Shown in pieces: positions 9,851 to 18,758 of a stretch of 35,964 bases of DNA. Positions within the stretch are counted from its first letter, which is position 1. Every line of letters starts with the position of its first letter. The stretch lies in assembly GCA_964587045.1 (NCBI GenBank), contig CAZPJY010000019.1, positions 1 through 35,964 on the forward strand, in the 5' to 3' direction. The translations under genes and the position numbers were made by a program. Under the pieces are notes generated by a model. That model did not search any database, had not been told where the DNA came from, and worked only from the letters and a program-made list of their open reading frames with translations. Source of the stretch: an uncultured Methanosarcinales archaeon (GTDB lineage: Archaea; Nanobdellota; Nanobdellia; Woesearchaeales; CAZPJY01).

Positions 9851-12254
9851 CTGTGTCTTCTTTAAGGCCTTCCTCTATGTCTTTTATCAGCTCATCCACA
9901 CCATGACGCGCCTGTTCAGTCATCAGGGATTTTGCCTTTAAAGCGTCCTCAAGCGCTGACCGGTAGTTATTCAGCCTCTTTGAGATGAGGGCGCGGGCGA
10001 AGTATGCCCTCTCGTTTTGCCCATCGAATCTGAGAGAGTCTTCAACGCATACCTGGGCGTTGTACAGCCTGCCAGCTAAGAGGTATGACATGGCGGCTTC
10101 AGAAAGTATTCGCGAGCGCGACCAGGGCGGAGTGACGATTTCAGGTGAGTAATACCTTTCAAAGACATTGATCCCGGCTACAGGCATCTTCTTGTAGTTG
10201 TACAGATGGCAAAGGTGGTTCAAGGCGTCAAAGTCTTTCTTGAAGGGCATAAGGGCACGGTGGCAGTACATAATGGCTTTGTCAACTTCTGTGGGGTTGC
10301 CGGAGTTTATGATCCTACGCGCCATCTCGCAGTTGGCAAAATTCTCATAAGGGTTCATCTCAAGAGCCTTGTTTAACGATTCGACGGCAGCCCTCTCAAG
10401 CGCGGGGTCGTTACGCTCCTGTGCTACAGTGTTCAGCACCATGTACTTGGCGTAGAAGAGACCGCTAGTGATATCACTCGGCAGATCCTTGATTATATTC
10501 AGCGCCTGGTCGTACTCCTTGAAAGCGATTATGAACTTAAGATACTGCGATACGACTTTAGGTGCTAGCGCTGCCGGCATCGCGTCTACTGCGCGGACGT
10601 AGAGCTCATCAATCTTGTCTTTTGCGGCCTTGTCTCCAAGGTGGTGCAGCATCCAGTACACACCCATTCCGTAGAAGTGGGGCTCCATGAAGGTAGGGTC
10701 TGCAGATATGGCCTTCCAGAACTGGTGAGCCGCAAGCCTTAGAAGCTTTTCCCCTTCTTCATCTCTCTTTTTGGCATAGCAAAGAACCTGCGCTGTGTCG
10801 TAGAAGCACTGGCCTATGCTGAAGTGACCCAAGGCCTGGTTGGAAGGATCGCCGATCTTAATAAGCTTCTCGCCGAGAGTGATGCTGTACCTTCCGAAGG
10901 GCTCCCTCCTATCAAACCTGAATATGTGCATGGCGCGTGTTATCAAATCGAGGTCATCTGGGAATTTATCGAGGGCGACAACAGCGTTGTCACCTGCGGA
11001 GGTGTAATCCTCCAACCCATACAACATATCCAATGCATCGACCCATCCTGCAGCGTCCTCTGGAGGCCATTTAGCCCTCATCTTGTCCTCGAGCAGGATT
11101 CTGACGAAATCCTGGACCCTCGATCGCGCATTGGCATCCCTGAATAGCTGAACGTGACCCCAAATCTCAGCCTTGGTGCCTATCAAATAAGTCTTGAACT
11201 CGTCTTTGAACAGGCGCAGGATTTCCGTTCGGGGATCGCGCACTCCCGCAAAGCGGCTCCCAAGTATCTCTGCCACCTGCTTGCTTGTCCTCTCTATGTA
11301 TGAATGCATTATTGTTGACCTGTCCACTCCAGCCTGAGCATCACCTATATGCTGGTTGTATGTCTTTTTGGTTTCCTCGATGGCTTTTGTAAAGAAATCT
11401 AGGACTTCATCAAGGGATTCCTGTTTGAGGAAGGCTTCTTGTTTCTGTTTCCGCCTCGGAAAGAGCCTTTCCATGAAAGACCTCTTCGGCGGGATCTTCT
11501 GCTTGCCTGCAAGCTCGACCAGCCTTTTATAGTCATTTGTGTGTTGGAATATTTCCGAGTAGCTTGGGAGGGGGGTTCCATCCCTGCTGATGTGGAGTCC
11601 GTAGGCAGCGCGCAGCACCCCTTTTGCTATCGAGTTGTAATCGTAAAGTGAGTAACCCTTCAACAGGTCACGTGTCGCAACCATGACAAGCTCATAGCCC
11701 TCAAAGGGAGGGATATCATTCACGCGGGGGGTCTCCTCAAGCAGGGCTTCCCCAGCAATTGTCCTTCCAGTATCCTGCATGTATGCCAAAAGGACGTTGC
11801 TTGCAAGGCCGCTCCAGCCGTCAAGCTGTTCGAGGTTCTTTGGGTCGCTGGATTTAAGCCCCTGTACGTATTCGCTCCTCCTGCGCGGCCAGAGGTTAAC
11901 GACGTGCTTTTCGCCCAGATTTATCCTGCCCTCTATCCTCCTGAGCTTAGCGTCAATATCAGCCCGGTTCTCGCTGAAGAACTCATCGGTGAAGACGACC
12001 TCCACATCAACATCGCTCGTTGGGTTCCTCTCATCGGTGCCATAGCTTCCTAGCAGAACGGCGCTCACTATGTTGTCACCAATCACAAAGGCAGGGTCTT
12101 TGTCATTCCTTGCCCTCATCACCTCTATTGAGAACTTTGACTGGTACCAAGGCCTAACGTTTTTGACGTAGAAATATGGGTCAAGCTCGCAGAGCAATGA
12201 CCTGATCCTCTTGTCCTTCAGGAGGTCCTTTTTCTTTATTTTCATGCAAATCAC
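9831..12254 (-). CDS. Pol-beta-type nucleotidyltransferase + helical domain + TPR-repeat protein
   Basis: VLLGSYG...SDVDVEVV motif; multiple TPR-like repeats (KAISADP, KALEMNP, AYFARA...Y..AL.D..KA). Start GTG 12254 or ATG 12245. Confidence 0.75.
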   Translation of the reverse strand: MICMKIKKKDLLKDKRIRSLLCELDPYFYVKNVRPWYQSKFSIEVMRARNDKDPAFVIGDNIVSAVLLGSYGTDERNPTSDVDVEVVFTDEFFSENRADIDAKLRRIEGRINLGEKHVVNLWPRRRSEYVQGLKSSDPKNLEQLDGWSGLASNVLLAYMQDTGRTIAGEALLEETPRVNDIPPFEGYELVMVATRDLLKGYSLYDYNSIAKGVLRAAYGLHISRDGTPLPSYSEIFQHTNDYKRLVELAGKQKIPPKRSFMERLFPRRKQKQEAFLKQESLDEVLDFFTKAIEETKKTYNQHIGDAQAGVDRSTIMHSYIERTSKQVAEILGSRFAGVRDPRTEILRLFKDEFKTYLIGTKAEIWGHVQLFRDANARSRVQDFVRILLEDKMRAKWPPEDAAGWVDALDMLYGLEDYTSAGDNAVVALDKFPDDLDLITRAMHIFRFDRREPFGRYSITLGEKLIKIGDPSNQALGHFSIGQCFYDTAQVLCYAKKRDEEGEKLLRLAAHQFWKAISADPTFMEPHFYGMGVYWMLHHLGDKAAKDKIDELYVRAVDAMPAALAPKVVSQYLKFIIAFKEYDQALNIIKDLPSDITSGLFYAKYMVLNTVAQERNDPALERAAVESLNKALEMNPYENFANCEMARRIINSGNPTEVDKAIMYCHRALMPFKKDFDALNHLCHLYNYKKMPVAGINVFERYYSPEIVTPPWSRSRILSEAAMSYLLAGRLYNAQVCVEDSLRFDGQNERAYFARALISKRLNNYRSALEDALKAKSLMTEQARHGVDELIKDIEEGLKEDTAIQTPL

Positions 12255-13567
12255 CAGCTGAAACCTACGGTTTGACTGACCATGAAGTACTTCCTCTTAT
12301 TCAGTGTTATTAGCGATAGGTCGGCGAGGTGGCTCAAGTCGTTTTTTACCTGCGTTAGGTGGTACTTCTTGTTGAGGTGGGAGTAGTCGTCATACTTCTT
12401 GAGCTCGTCGATGACCTGGGCAACATCCCGCAGCTTACCATCACTCATGAGGTGCAGTATGATCTTCCGGCGCTCGATTGCCCCTGCGCTGGTGCCCAGC
12501 AGTTTTGAATTACTCAGCGATGCGGTCTTCATGAAACCTAGGCGTTTACGCAGTTCGGTGCTGATGTTTGTGATTAGGTAAGTGCTGAGGTGCTGCGTCT
12601 TCATCTTGCCCCGCAGATAGGTGTACTTCCTGCCGGTGAGTTTCCTTTTCAGGAGCAGGTAGTATGATAGGGCCTGCATGGCGAAGAAAGTCGGGTAAAG
12701 AGGGGCCTGCCCGTCCTGATTTTCGAAGGTCTTCCAGTTGCCATCAGGCTGCTGTTGATCGATTAGGTAGTTGATAGCGTTCAGTATCGATTGGTCTTTA
12801 AGCGGGTCTTTTACTAGTTGAAGCAGTGTCAGTAGCGCTAAGGAGGTCCCGTACACTGTTGGCTGGGATGCATAAGTGGTGGTGGAGGCTGGCCAGCCTC
12901 CTGTCTTGAACTGCCTGTCCTCAATAAACTTCCTTATCTTTTGCATGTTTGCGTTTGTGGGGTCCTCACCTAAAGAGAGGAGTGCGCAGGCGACATTGCA
13001 GGTGTAGGAAAGCTCGGACGCCTTGCTGTTGAAGTCGAAACCCCACCCTATGCTGTCCTTAGCCTTGTGTTTTAGCAGCCATTTCCTTGCCAGTTCAAGG
13101 TTGCTGCTGGGGGCGATATCCTTGATGGCCATGATGACTGTGAAGTTGGTGAGGTTGTAGCCTGAAGGGAATGTGGGCCATGTTCCTGACATGTCTTGCA
13201 TGTCCAGGAGGTACTGAAGAATCTCCTCAGCTTCAACCTTAACCGTTGGAAGGTTTGAGATGAGAAGCGATTGCAGCTTGAAAGCCCATGCATCCATATA
13301 GTCTGTGGGAAGCAGCTTGGTCCTCCTGCAGAAAAGGAAAGCCTTCTCGATCTGTGGCAGGTCGTGGTAGTTACCGTGCAGCAGCAGCGCTGACATCGCC
13401 TCTGATGTTAGAACGAGTGGTTGCTGGTAGCAGGGGAGCACCTTGAAATCGTGAACAGGGTTTACCCACGAGCCGTCTTCCTGCTGTATTGACAGCAGGT
13501 ATTTCCTACCATTTTCCAGGGCTTGGAATATGGGAGAATCATAACCCCCAACATGTTCTGACTCCAT
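12251..13567 (-). CDS. Prenyltransferase/squalene-cyclase-repeat (alpha/alpha toroid) protein with C-terminal winged helix
   Basis: QW-type repeats QQEDGSW, QDMSGTW, GWG, QFKTGGW, QQPDGNW; C-terminal RRKIIL.L......I..L...VKNDL..L....LI......Y wHTH pattern. Confidence 0.75.
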   Translation of the reverse strand: MESEHVGGYDSPIFQALENGRKYLLSIQQEDGSWVNPVHDFKVLPCYQQPLVLTSEAMSALLLHGNYHDLPQIEKAFLFCRRTKLLPTDYMDAWAFKLQSLLISNLPTVKVEAEEILQYLLDMQDMSGTWPTFPSGYNLTNFTVIMAIKDIAPSSNLELARKWLLKHKAKDSIGWGFDFNSKASELSYTCNVACALLSLGEDPTNANMQKIRKFIEDRQFKTGGWPASTTTYASQPTVYGTSLALLTLLQLVKDPLKDQSILNAINYLIDQQQPDGNWKTFENQDGQAPLYPTFFAMQALSYYLLLKRKLTGRKYTYLRGKMKTQHLSTYLITNISTELRKRLGFMKTASLSNSKLLGTSAGAIERRKIILHLMSDGKLRDVAQVIDELKKYDDYSHLNKKYHLTQVKNDLSHLADLSLITLNKRKYFMVSQTVGFSW

Positions 13568-13590
13568 AGTTACAAAAACTCAAATATGTA

Positions 13591-13600
13591 ATATAAAAAG
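13591..13600 (-). promoter_or_regulatory. TATA box of the toroid-wHTH/NTase-TPR operon
   Basis: Minus strand CTTTTTATAT, about 24 nt upstream of ATG 13567. Confidence 0.55.
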
Positions 13601-13705
13601 GTTTCTGAAAACTATTTCAGCAGGCCACTTTTTCCTCAGCCTTTTGAAAATTGGTTAAGGCTCACTTTTAATGTTTAAATTAATGATTAAGCTGTACCTA
13701 ACAAA

Positions 13706-13760
13706 TGGAATAATTTCCGAATTTGATGATAAAACCCCCATCATCGTCGGAAAATATCCA
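13706..13760. repeat. Long imperfect inverted repeat in the leader of the Lrp gene
   Basis: TGGA..TTTCCGA..GATGAT-loop-ATCATC.TCGGAAA..TCCA. Confidence 0.7.
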
Positions 13761-13777
13761 GACCAAGAGGTGGGAAA

Positions 13778-14251
13778 ATGCTGAATAGGACCGATATGAA
13801 AATCCTTAGCCACCTGCGACAGAACTCGCGCGAGACCCTGACGCGGATAAGCAGGCTGACCAAGATACCCATTTCGACCATATACGACAAGCTGAAAGGA
13901 AATGAACAGGGAGTCATCCTCAAGCACACAGCACTTATAGACTTCTCAAAGCTCGGCTTCAACACCAGGGTAAACTTGCTGATAAAGGTAAATAAGAAGC
14001 AGCGCGACGAGCTAAGGTCTTACCTGATGACCCAGCACCAGGTCAACTCGGTCTTCAGGATCAACAACGGCTACGACTTCCTCATGGAAGGGATTTTCAG
14101 GGAGATAAAGGACTTGGAGGATTTCAACGAGAGATTGGAGGACAGATTTGACATAAAAGGCAAGCAGACCTATTTCATAATCGACGAGATACAGAGGGAG
14201 TCATTCCTGAGCCAGCCGGAGCTCTTGGACCTGCATTGCGCATACCGCTAG
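13778..14251 (+). CDS. Lrp/AsnC family transcriptional regulator
   Basis: D.KIL..L.QNSR..L..IS....P.ST HTH, IDFSKLG linker, G.YD RAM domain; SD GAGGTG. Confidence 0.92.
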   Translation: MLNRTDMKILSHLRQNSRETLTRISRLTKIPISTIYDKLKGNEQGVILKHTALIDFSKLGFNTRVNLLIKVNKKQRDELRSYLMTQHQVNSVFRINNGYDFLMEGIFREIKDLEDFNERLEDRFDIKGKQTYFIIDEIQRESFLSQPELLDLHCAYR

Positions 14252-14904
14252 AAATTTATACATCTTTCGGTTCACCACGCATCGTGGACAAGAGCAACAT
14301 CTCCAAGGTCATCCTGAAGCTCAAGGAAAAGGAAGGGCTGTCGATGCTTGCGAAAGCCTCGTCAAGGGAGCCTTTCCACGTCCTCATCTCGACCGTACTA
14401 TCGGCGCGCAACAGGGATGAGATGACCGAGATTGCAGCCGCAAACCTGTTTTCCAAGTTCCCAACTGCAGAAAGCATGGCAAAGGCCAAGCTGAGCGACA
14501 TAGAGCCTCTGATACGGAAGAGCGGGTTCTACAGGACCAAGGCCAAGAGGGTCAGGGATATCGCCAGGGCAGTTGTCAAGTCTGGGAAGGTTCCTGATAC
14601 CATGGGAGGTTTGGTGGAGCTGCCTGGGGTGGGCAGGAAGACTGCCGGTTGCGTCCTGGTCTACGCTTTCGGCACGCCAGCCATACCAGTTGACACCCAC
14701 GTCCACAGGATATCCAACCGCTTAGGATGGGTGAGGACCAAGCATCCAGAGGAGACGGAGAGGGAGCTGATGCGCATCGTGCCAAGGGACCTGTGGATCG
14801 ATGTCAACGAGGTCTTCGTAGTCCATGGCCAGACCATATGCAAACCCATCACCCCACAGTGTCAAAAATGCCCTGTTGAAAAGTGGTGTGAAAAGAGGAT
14901 TTAA
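14236..14904 (+). CDS. nth: Endonuclease III (HhH-GPD glycosylase, 4Fe-4S)
   Basis: LPGVGRKTA, VDTHVHR, C.....P.C..CP....C cluster motif. Confidence 0.93.
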   Translation: MRIPLEIYTSFGSPRIVDKSNISKVILKLKEKEGLSMLAKASSREPFHVLISTVLSARNRDEMTEIAAANLFSKFPTAESMAKAKLSDIEPLIRKSGFYRTKAKRVRDIARAVVKSGKVPDTMGGLVELPGVGRKTAGCVLVYAFGTPAIPVDTHVHRISNRLGWVRTKHPEETERELMRIVPRDLWIDVNEVFVVHGQTICKPITPQCQKCPVEKWCEKRI

Positions 14905-14943
14905 CAGCAATATTTTTAATTGGAATCAGCTTTCCGGATTTTC

Positions 14944-15138
14944 ATGGAATGCGTTCGCTTCTCAAACAACATGAAGCACTGCCCTTGCACGTATGAGCCC
15001 TGCGAGAAGAAGGGGCACTGTTGCGAATGCATCTCCTACCACAAGGAGAACGGCGAGCTGCCTGCCTGCTACTTCACGCCGGAGGAAGAGGCGACCTTCG
15101 ACCGCTCGATTCAAAACTTCATAAAATCCCGCAAGTGA
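14944..15138 (+). CDS. Small Cys-rich protein (DUF6485-like)
   Basis: C..CPCTY.PC.KKG.CC.C..YH...ELPACYF.......DRS..NF; start ATG 14944. Confidence 0.7.
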   Translation: MECVRFSNNMKHCPCTYEPCEKKGHCCECISYHKENGELPACYFTPEEEATFDRSIQNFIKSRK

Positions 15139-15860
15139 TGATCATGAAACAAACAGCCCTCTACCTGGAGGATTCGTATGAACAGGAGTTTGACGCGAAG
15201 GTCTCCTCCGTAAAAGACGGCAAGTTCGTTGTTTTAGACAGGACGCTTTTCTACCCCAGCAGCGGCGGGCAGCCCCACGACACAGGTAAGTTGGTAAGGA
15301 AGAGCGATAAGAAGGAATTCCCAGTGGTGTTCACAGGCAAGTTCGGAGGGGTAATATCAAGCGAGACGGACCAGACTGGGCTGCAGGAAGGCGACGAAGT
15401 TCATGGCGTGATCGATTGGGATAGGAGGTACTTGCTCATGCGCATGCACACAGCGAGCCACATACTCTCAGGAGTCTTCCACAACGAGGCCGGAGCCAAG
15501 ATAACAGGCAACCAGCTTGATACAGAGAAGAGCCGTGTCGATTTCTCCTTGGAAAACTTCGATCGGGAACTGATATCCTCCTTCTTCGACAAGGCCAACC
15601 AAATCGTCAAATCCGATGTCGAGGTAAAGTCCTATACCATGCCAAGGGAAGAGGCGCTTGCCCTGCCAGGCATGATGAAGCTTGCCAACGTGCTGCCTCC
15701 AGCGGTCAAGGACCTGCGAATCGTCGAGATATCAGGATTCGACCGGCAGCCCGACGGGGGCACCCATGTGAGGCGCACAGGCGAAATTGGCACGATTTCC
15801 TTTCTGAGAGCCGAGAACAAGGGCAGGAACAACAGGAGGGTCTATTTCGAGTTGGTGTAA
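15138..15860 (+). CDS. alaX: AlaX (AlaXM-type) trans-editing deacylase
   Basis: FYP..GGQP.D.G, IDWDRRY..MR.HTASH, GGTHV..T.EIG; start ATG 15138 or 15144. Confidence 0.92.
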   Translation: MIMKQTALYLEDSYEQEFDAKVSSVKDGKFVVLDRTLFYPSSGGQPHDTGKLVRKSDKKEFPVVFTGKFGGVISSETDQTGLQEGDEVHGVIDWDRRYLLMRMHTASHILSGVFHNEAGAKITGNQLDTEKSRVDFSLENFDRELISSFFDKANQIVKSDVEVKSYTMPREEALALPGMMKLANVLPPAVKDLRIVEISGFDRQPDGGTHVRRTGEIGTISFLRAENKGRNNRRVYFELV

Positions 15861-15861
15861 G

Positions 15862-17283
15862 ATGGCAAACATTATCTTCGAGCACGTCGGGGAAAACTAC
15901 CAGGTCCCAGGGCTCCCTTATCCTGACCGGTTCAAATATGTCAAGCCGGTGGTTTTCGATGGGATACCAACAAGGGAGGATATTATCTCCATTCTCGAGT
16001 CCGCAGACAAGGACACTCTCGCTAACCCTTGGTCTATAGATGTCATCAGGGGTTTTAGGGATTATATCCCTACCACCTTCAGCAGGCTTACCAAGATGAT
16101 GCCTCCTGAGTTCATCGAGGAACATTTCGGCCTTTCGGGGGATTGGCATCCAGAATCCGACCGCGTCCTCCTCCAGCTTCAGACAGAGGTTGAGGCGAAG
16201 GGAGCGACGATCGACGCAGCCATTGTCCATTCAAGGAGGGATTTGGGCAGCGTCGTAAACAAGGTCCACCTCACCAACAGGATATACAACATAGGCAGGC
16301 TCTACGGGCACCTTGAGAAGAGGGATTATCCCCTGCTTTTCGGCGACCTGACCAACCCATCTAATTGGGATCAAGCCCTTTCGGACGTGAAGATGACTTT
16401 CATAGACTACATGCTTGAGCTTCCGTTGGGCAGGCGTAAGTACGCAAGGAAGGTCCGAATCGTCGACATCTCGAAAAAGGAGCTCGAGACCCGCTTCTCC
16501 TACCTTGAATGGCTGAAGGAGAAGCTAGGTGACAACCTCATCGGAGTCTTGCTTTACGGCTCTGCGGCCCAGACGGATGATCCAGAGCATTATTCCGACT
16601 TCGACAACTGGGTCAGGGTCTACGACGTGCAGGAGGCCCACAAGAAGCTAGCAGGTACCAATCCGTTCGTGCTGGACGACAAAGTCGTAGAATATGAGAG
16701 GTACGAGCCGCCAGATGCCAAGCACCTCGGGATACACCTCTTCCCGGAATCTGAAGAGTACCTCATGCGCCACATCAGGTTCCTTCACGACTCCAGGGAG
16801 TTCCTCAAGCACACACGTGTCCTGTACGGAGAGTTCCCATTCTGGAAGATCCGCCAGGATGAGGTGGTCGAGCGCGGGATATCCGCAGCTTACACCAAGC
16901 TGAAGACCATCGCTGGATCCTTGAACTGGGCCTATCATGCGCCTGAAAGGATTCTGGACAAGCAGCCCCTCTATGAGTTCATCGTTAAAAACCTCAGATT
17001 CTTCCTGCAGCATTCCCTCAACGCGATGGAGCGGCCCGAGTTCAGGTCGAAGGACGACCTCAACGAAATGCTTGCCAAGAGGGGCCTGAAAATCCCTAAG
17101 TACAAGCCGGACCTCGAATACATCAAGGAATCGCTCCTCTACTCGATGAATGGTGTCATGAAGCTGCAAAAAGAACTCATAGACTTCAACAGGAAGCCAC
17201 GTCTTAGATTTCTCGTCGACGAAAAGGAGTACACATGGACTTCTGAGGAGCTTGAGGTCTGGGAACAGTTCGATGAGGACTAA
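15862..17283 (+). CDS. Hypothetical protein with central Pol-beta-superfamily nucleotidyltransferase domain
   Basis: LGDNLIGVLLYGSAA......SDFDNWV, later RVLYG; unrecognised N-terminal region of about 200 aa. Confidence 0.7.
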   Translation: MANIIFEHVGENYQVPGLPYPDRFKYVKPVVFDGIPTREDIISILESADKDTLANPWSIDVIRGFRDYIPTTFSRLTKMMPPEFIEEHFGLSGDWHPESDRVLLQLQTEVEAKGATIDAAIVHSRRDLGSVVNKVHLTNRIYNIGRLYGHLEKRDYPLLFGDLTNPSNWDQALSDVKMTFIDYMLELPLGRRKYARKVRIVDISKKELETRFSYLEWLKEKLGDNLIGVLLYGSAAQTDDPEHYSDFDNWVRVYDVQEAHKKLAGTNPFVLDDKVVEYERYEPPDAKHLGIHLFPESEEYLMRHIRFLHDSREFLKHTRVLYGEFPFWKIRQDEVVERGISAAYTKLKTIAGSLNWAYHAPERILDKQPLYEFIVKNLRFFLQHSLNAMERPEFRSKDDLNEMLAKRGLKIPKYKPDLEYIKESLLYSMNGVMKLQKELIDFNRKPRLRFLVDEKEYTWTSEELEVWEQFDED

Positions 17284-18119
17284 ACCAGCTTCTCGCGTAT
17301 CATGCGGACCAGTGGGACAAGATCAGCCATGTCGGACGCGTAGTCTTTGATTTCTTTGGGCAGGGTTGGAAGCGGCGCGAGGATGGAGTCAACACCCAAG
17401 TGCTCGAGTTCGGCCACGAGATTGGATGAGTGCTCGTTGAGCCTCTCGTTCTCATGGATGAGGTTTTCGTGGCCCAAGAACATGAATATCAGCTTATGGT
17501 CAGGGAAGAGGGTCTGCAAGGGCATGGCGATGTTGTTTGCTATCGAGTACCCTATTTTGGTGCCGATGTTGGACCAAGTCTCGCTGGTTTTCGCCTCGCC
17601 GAAAATCAGATAGTTCCCATCCCCATTGTGGTAGTAGGCCATGCCATCGATCTCGCTTGCTAGCAGGCCGGATTTCTCCTGGGCGTAGAAAGCGTCTGGG
17701 TGGGGGGTGTCCTGCTTCTGCAGGATGACAAAATTGGTCTTGCCCTTGTGCCTTAGGAGGTAGTTGTTGTTGTAATTCGCTATGAAACCCTTGCCCTCGT
17801 GCACCTTCTTTTCTGTAAGGACGTTTCCGACAGCGCCCCTGTCTTCGGAATTTTTCCTGACTTTGATTATCAGCTCGTTTAGGTAGGCAAAGAGTATCCT
17901 CTCACCGATTATGCCCTGAAACCTGCTCTGGGCCCCGTTTATCTTGTCGTTGAACCCGATTATGTCATCCAAGGTGAAGAGTTTGTATTCCTGATGAATC
18001 GTTGAGACTTTCAGGCTGTAGGGTTCGGATGTGATGGAGAATTCGGGTTTGAAGAGGTGGCTGATACGGTAATCACCCTGCTTTCCTTGGGTCAGGTACG
18101 GCTCAAAAGGGTTGCCCAT
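17280..18119 (-). CDS. Hypothetical protein with PD-(D/E)xK nuclease-like motifs
   Basis: GIIGE helix, EIDG, LIFGEAKT. Confidence 0.55.
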   Translation of the reverse strand: MGNPFEPYLTQGKQGDYRISHLFKPEFSITSEPYSLKVSTIHQEYKLFTLDDIIGFNDKINGAQSRFQGIIGERILFAYLNELIIKVRKNSEDRGAVGNVLTEKKVHEGKGFIANYNNNYLLRHKGKTNFVILQKQDTPHPDAFYAQEKSGLLASEIDGMAYYHNGDGNYLIFGEAKTSETWSNIGTKIGYSIANNIAMPLQTLFPDHKLIFMFLGHENLIHENERLNEHSSNLVAELEHLGVDSILAPLPTLPKEIKDYASDMADLVPLVRMIREKLV

Positions 18120-18149
18120 ACGGTTTCCATGTAAAGGGTATTAATAAAA

Positions 18150-18395
18150 TTATCTACTTGCAAAGATTATCGCAATTGAGTAAAAAATGCTTGATACCAC
18201 AAAGAATATTAAGGATATCTTAAGCCTGACAGGGTATCTCACCCTTTTGGTGATGACCCCTTCATCCTCAATACCCAGCCTCCTCATCCGGGCTTTTAGG
18301 TACATCTCGATGAACTTGAGATTGAGGTACAACCACACGCTCAGCCCCAGACAGACGGCCACAGCAATGAGGACTTTAGCGGTAATGACGTCCAT
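18150..18395 (-). CDS. Small membrane protein (2 TM)
   Basis: Two hydrophobic helices; minus-strand TATA-like TATTATAAA about 25 nt upstream. Confidence 0.6.
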   Translation of the reverse strand: MDVITAKVLIAVAVCLGLSVWLYLNLKFIEMYLKARMRRLGIEDEGVITKRVRYPVRLKISLIFFVVSSIFYSIAIIFASR

Positions 18396-18503
18396 TCAAA
18401 CCTATCCGTTTTACTAATTTATAATACATGTGTTTCCATTAAGCAGTGGGGAAAGATTTAAATAATACCCTCATCTTGGAGACAAGGACAGTGAGGGGTC
18501 CTA

Positions 18504-18758
18504 ATGGCTTGTTTGATAAGTAAATATCTACCAATTCCTTGCATTACCAATCCGCTGGTATTGGATATTTTACTGTACTTGATAGCCTTAATCGTCGCTC
18601 TTGTCATTGTATCCATACTTTACGACCTCTTTGCGCCCGCTATCATAAAGGCAAGGCGCTACCATAAGAAAGGTGAGAGGTTGTACAAGAAAGGCAAATA
18701 CGAAAAAGCCCAGGTATACTATTTCCTAGCAGACCACTTCAGGCAGAAAAAGGTGTGA
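18504..18758 (+). CDS. Small membrane-anchored protein with a TPR-like helix hairpin
   Basis: One TM helix then KKGERLYKKGKYEKAQVYY..A; TTTAAAATA promoter and GAGGGG SD; coupled to the next gene. Confidence 0.65.
   Translation: MACLISKYLPIPCITNPLVLDILLYLIALIVALVIVSILYDLFAPAIIKARRYHKKGERLYKKGKYEKAQVYYFLADHFRQKKV

Noticed and set aside
15862..18119. CBASS system
   Set aside because: Genes are convergent, the NTase does not resemble a CD-NTase by eye, and no SAVED/Cap accessory genes are visible.
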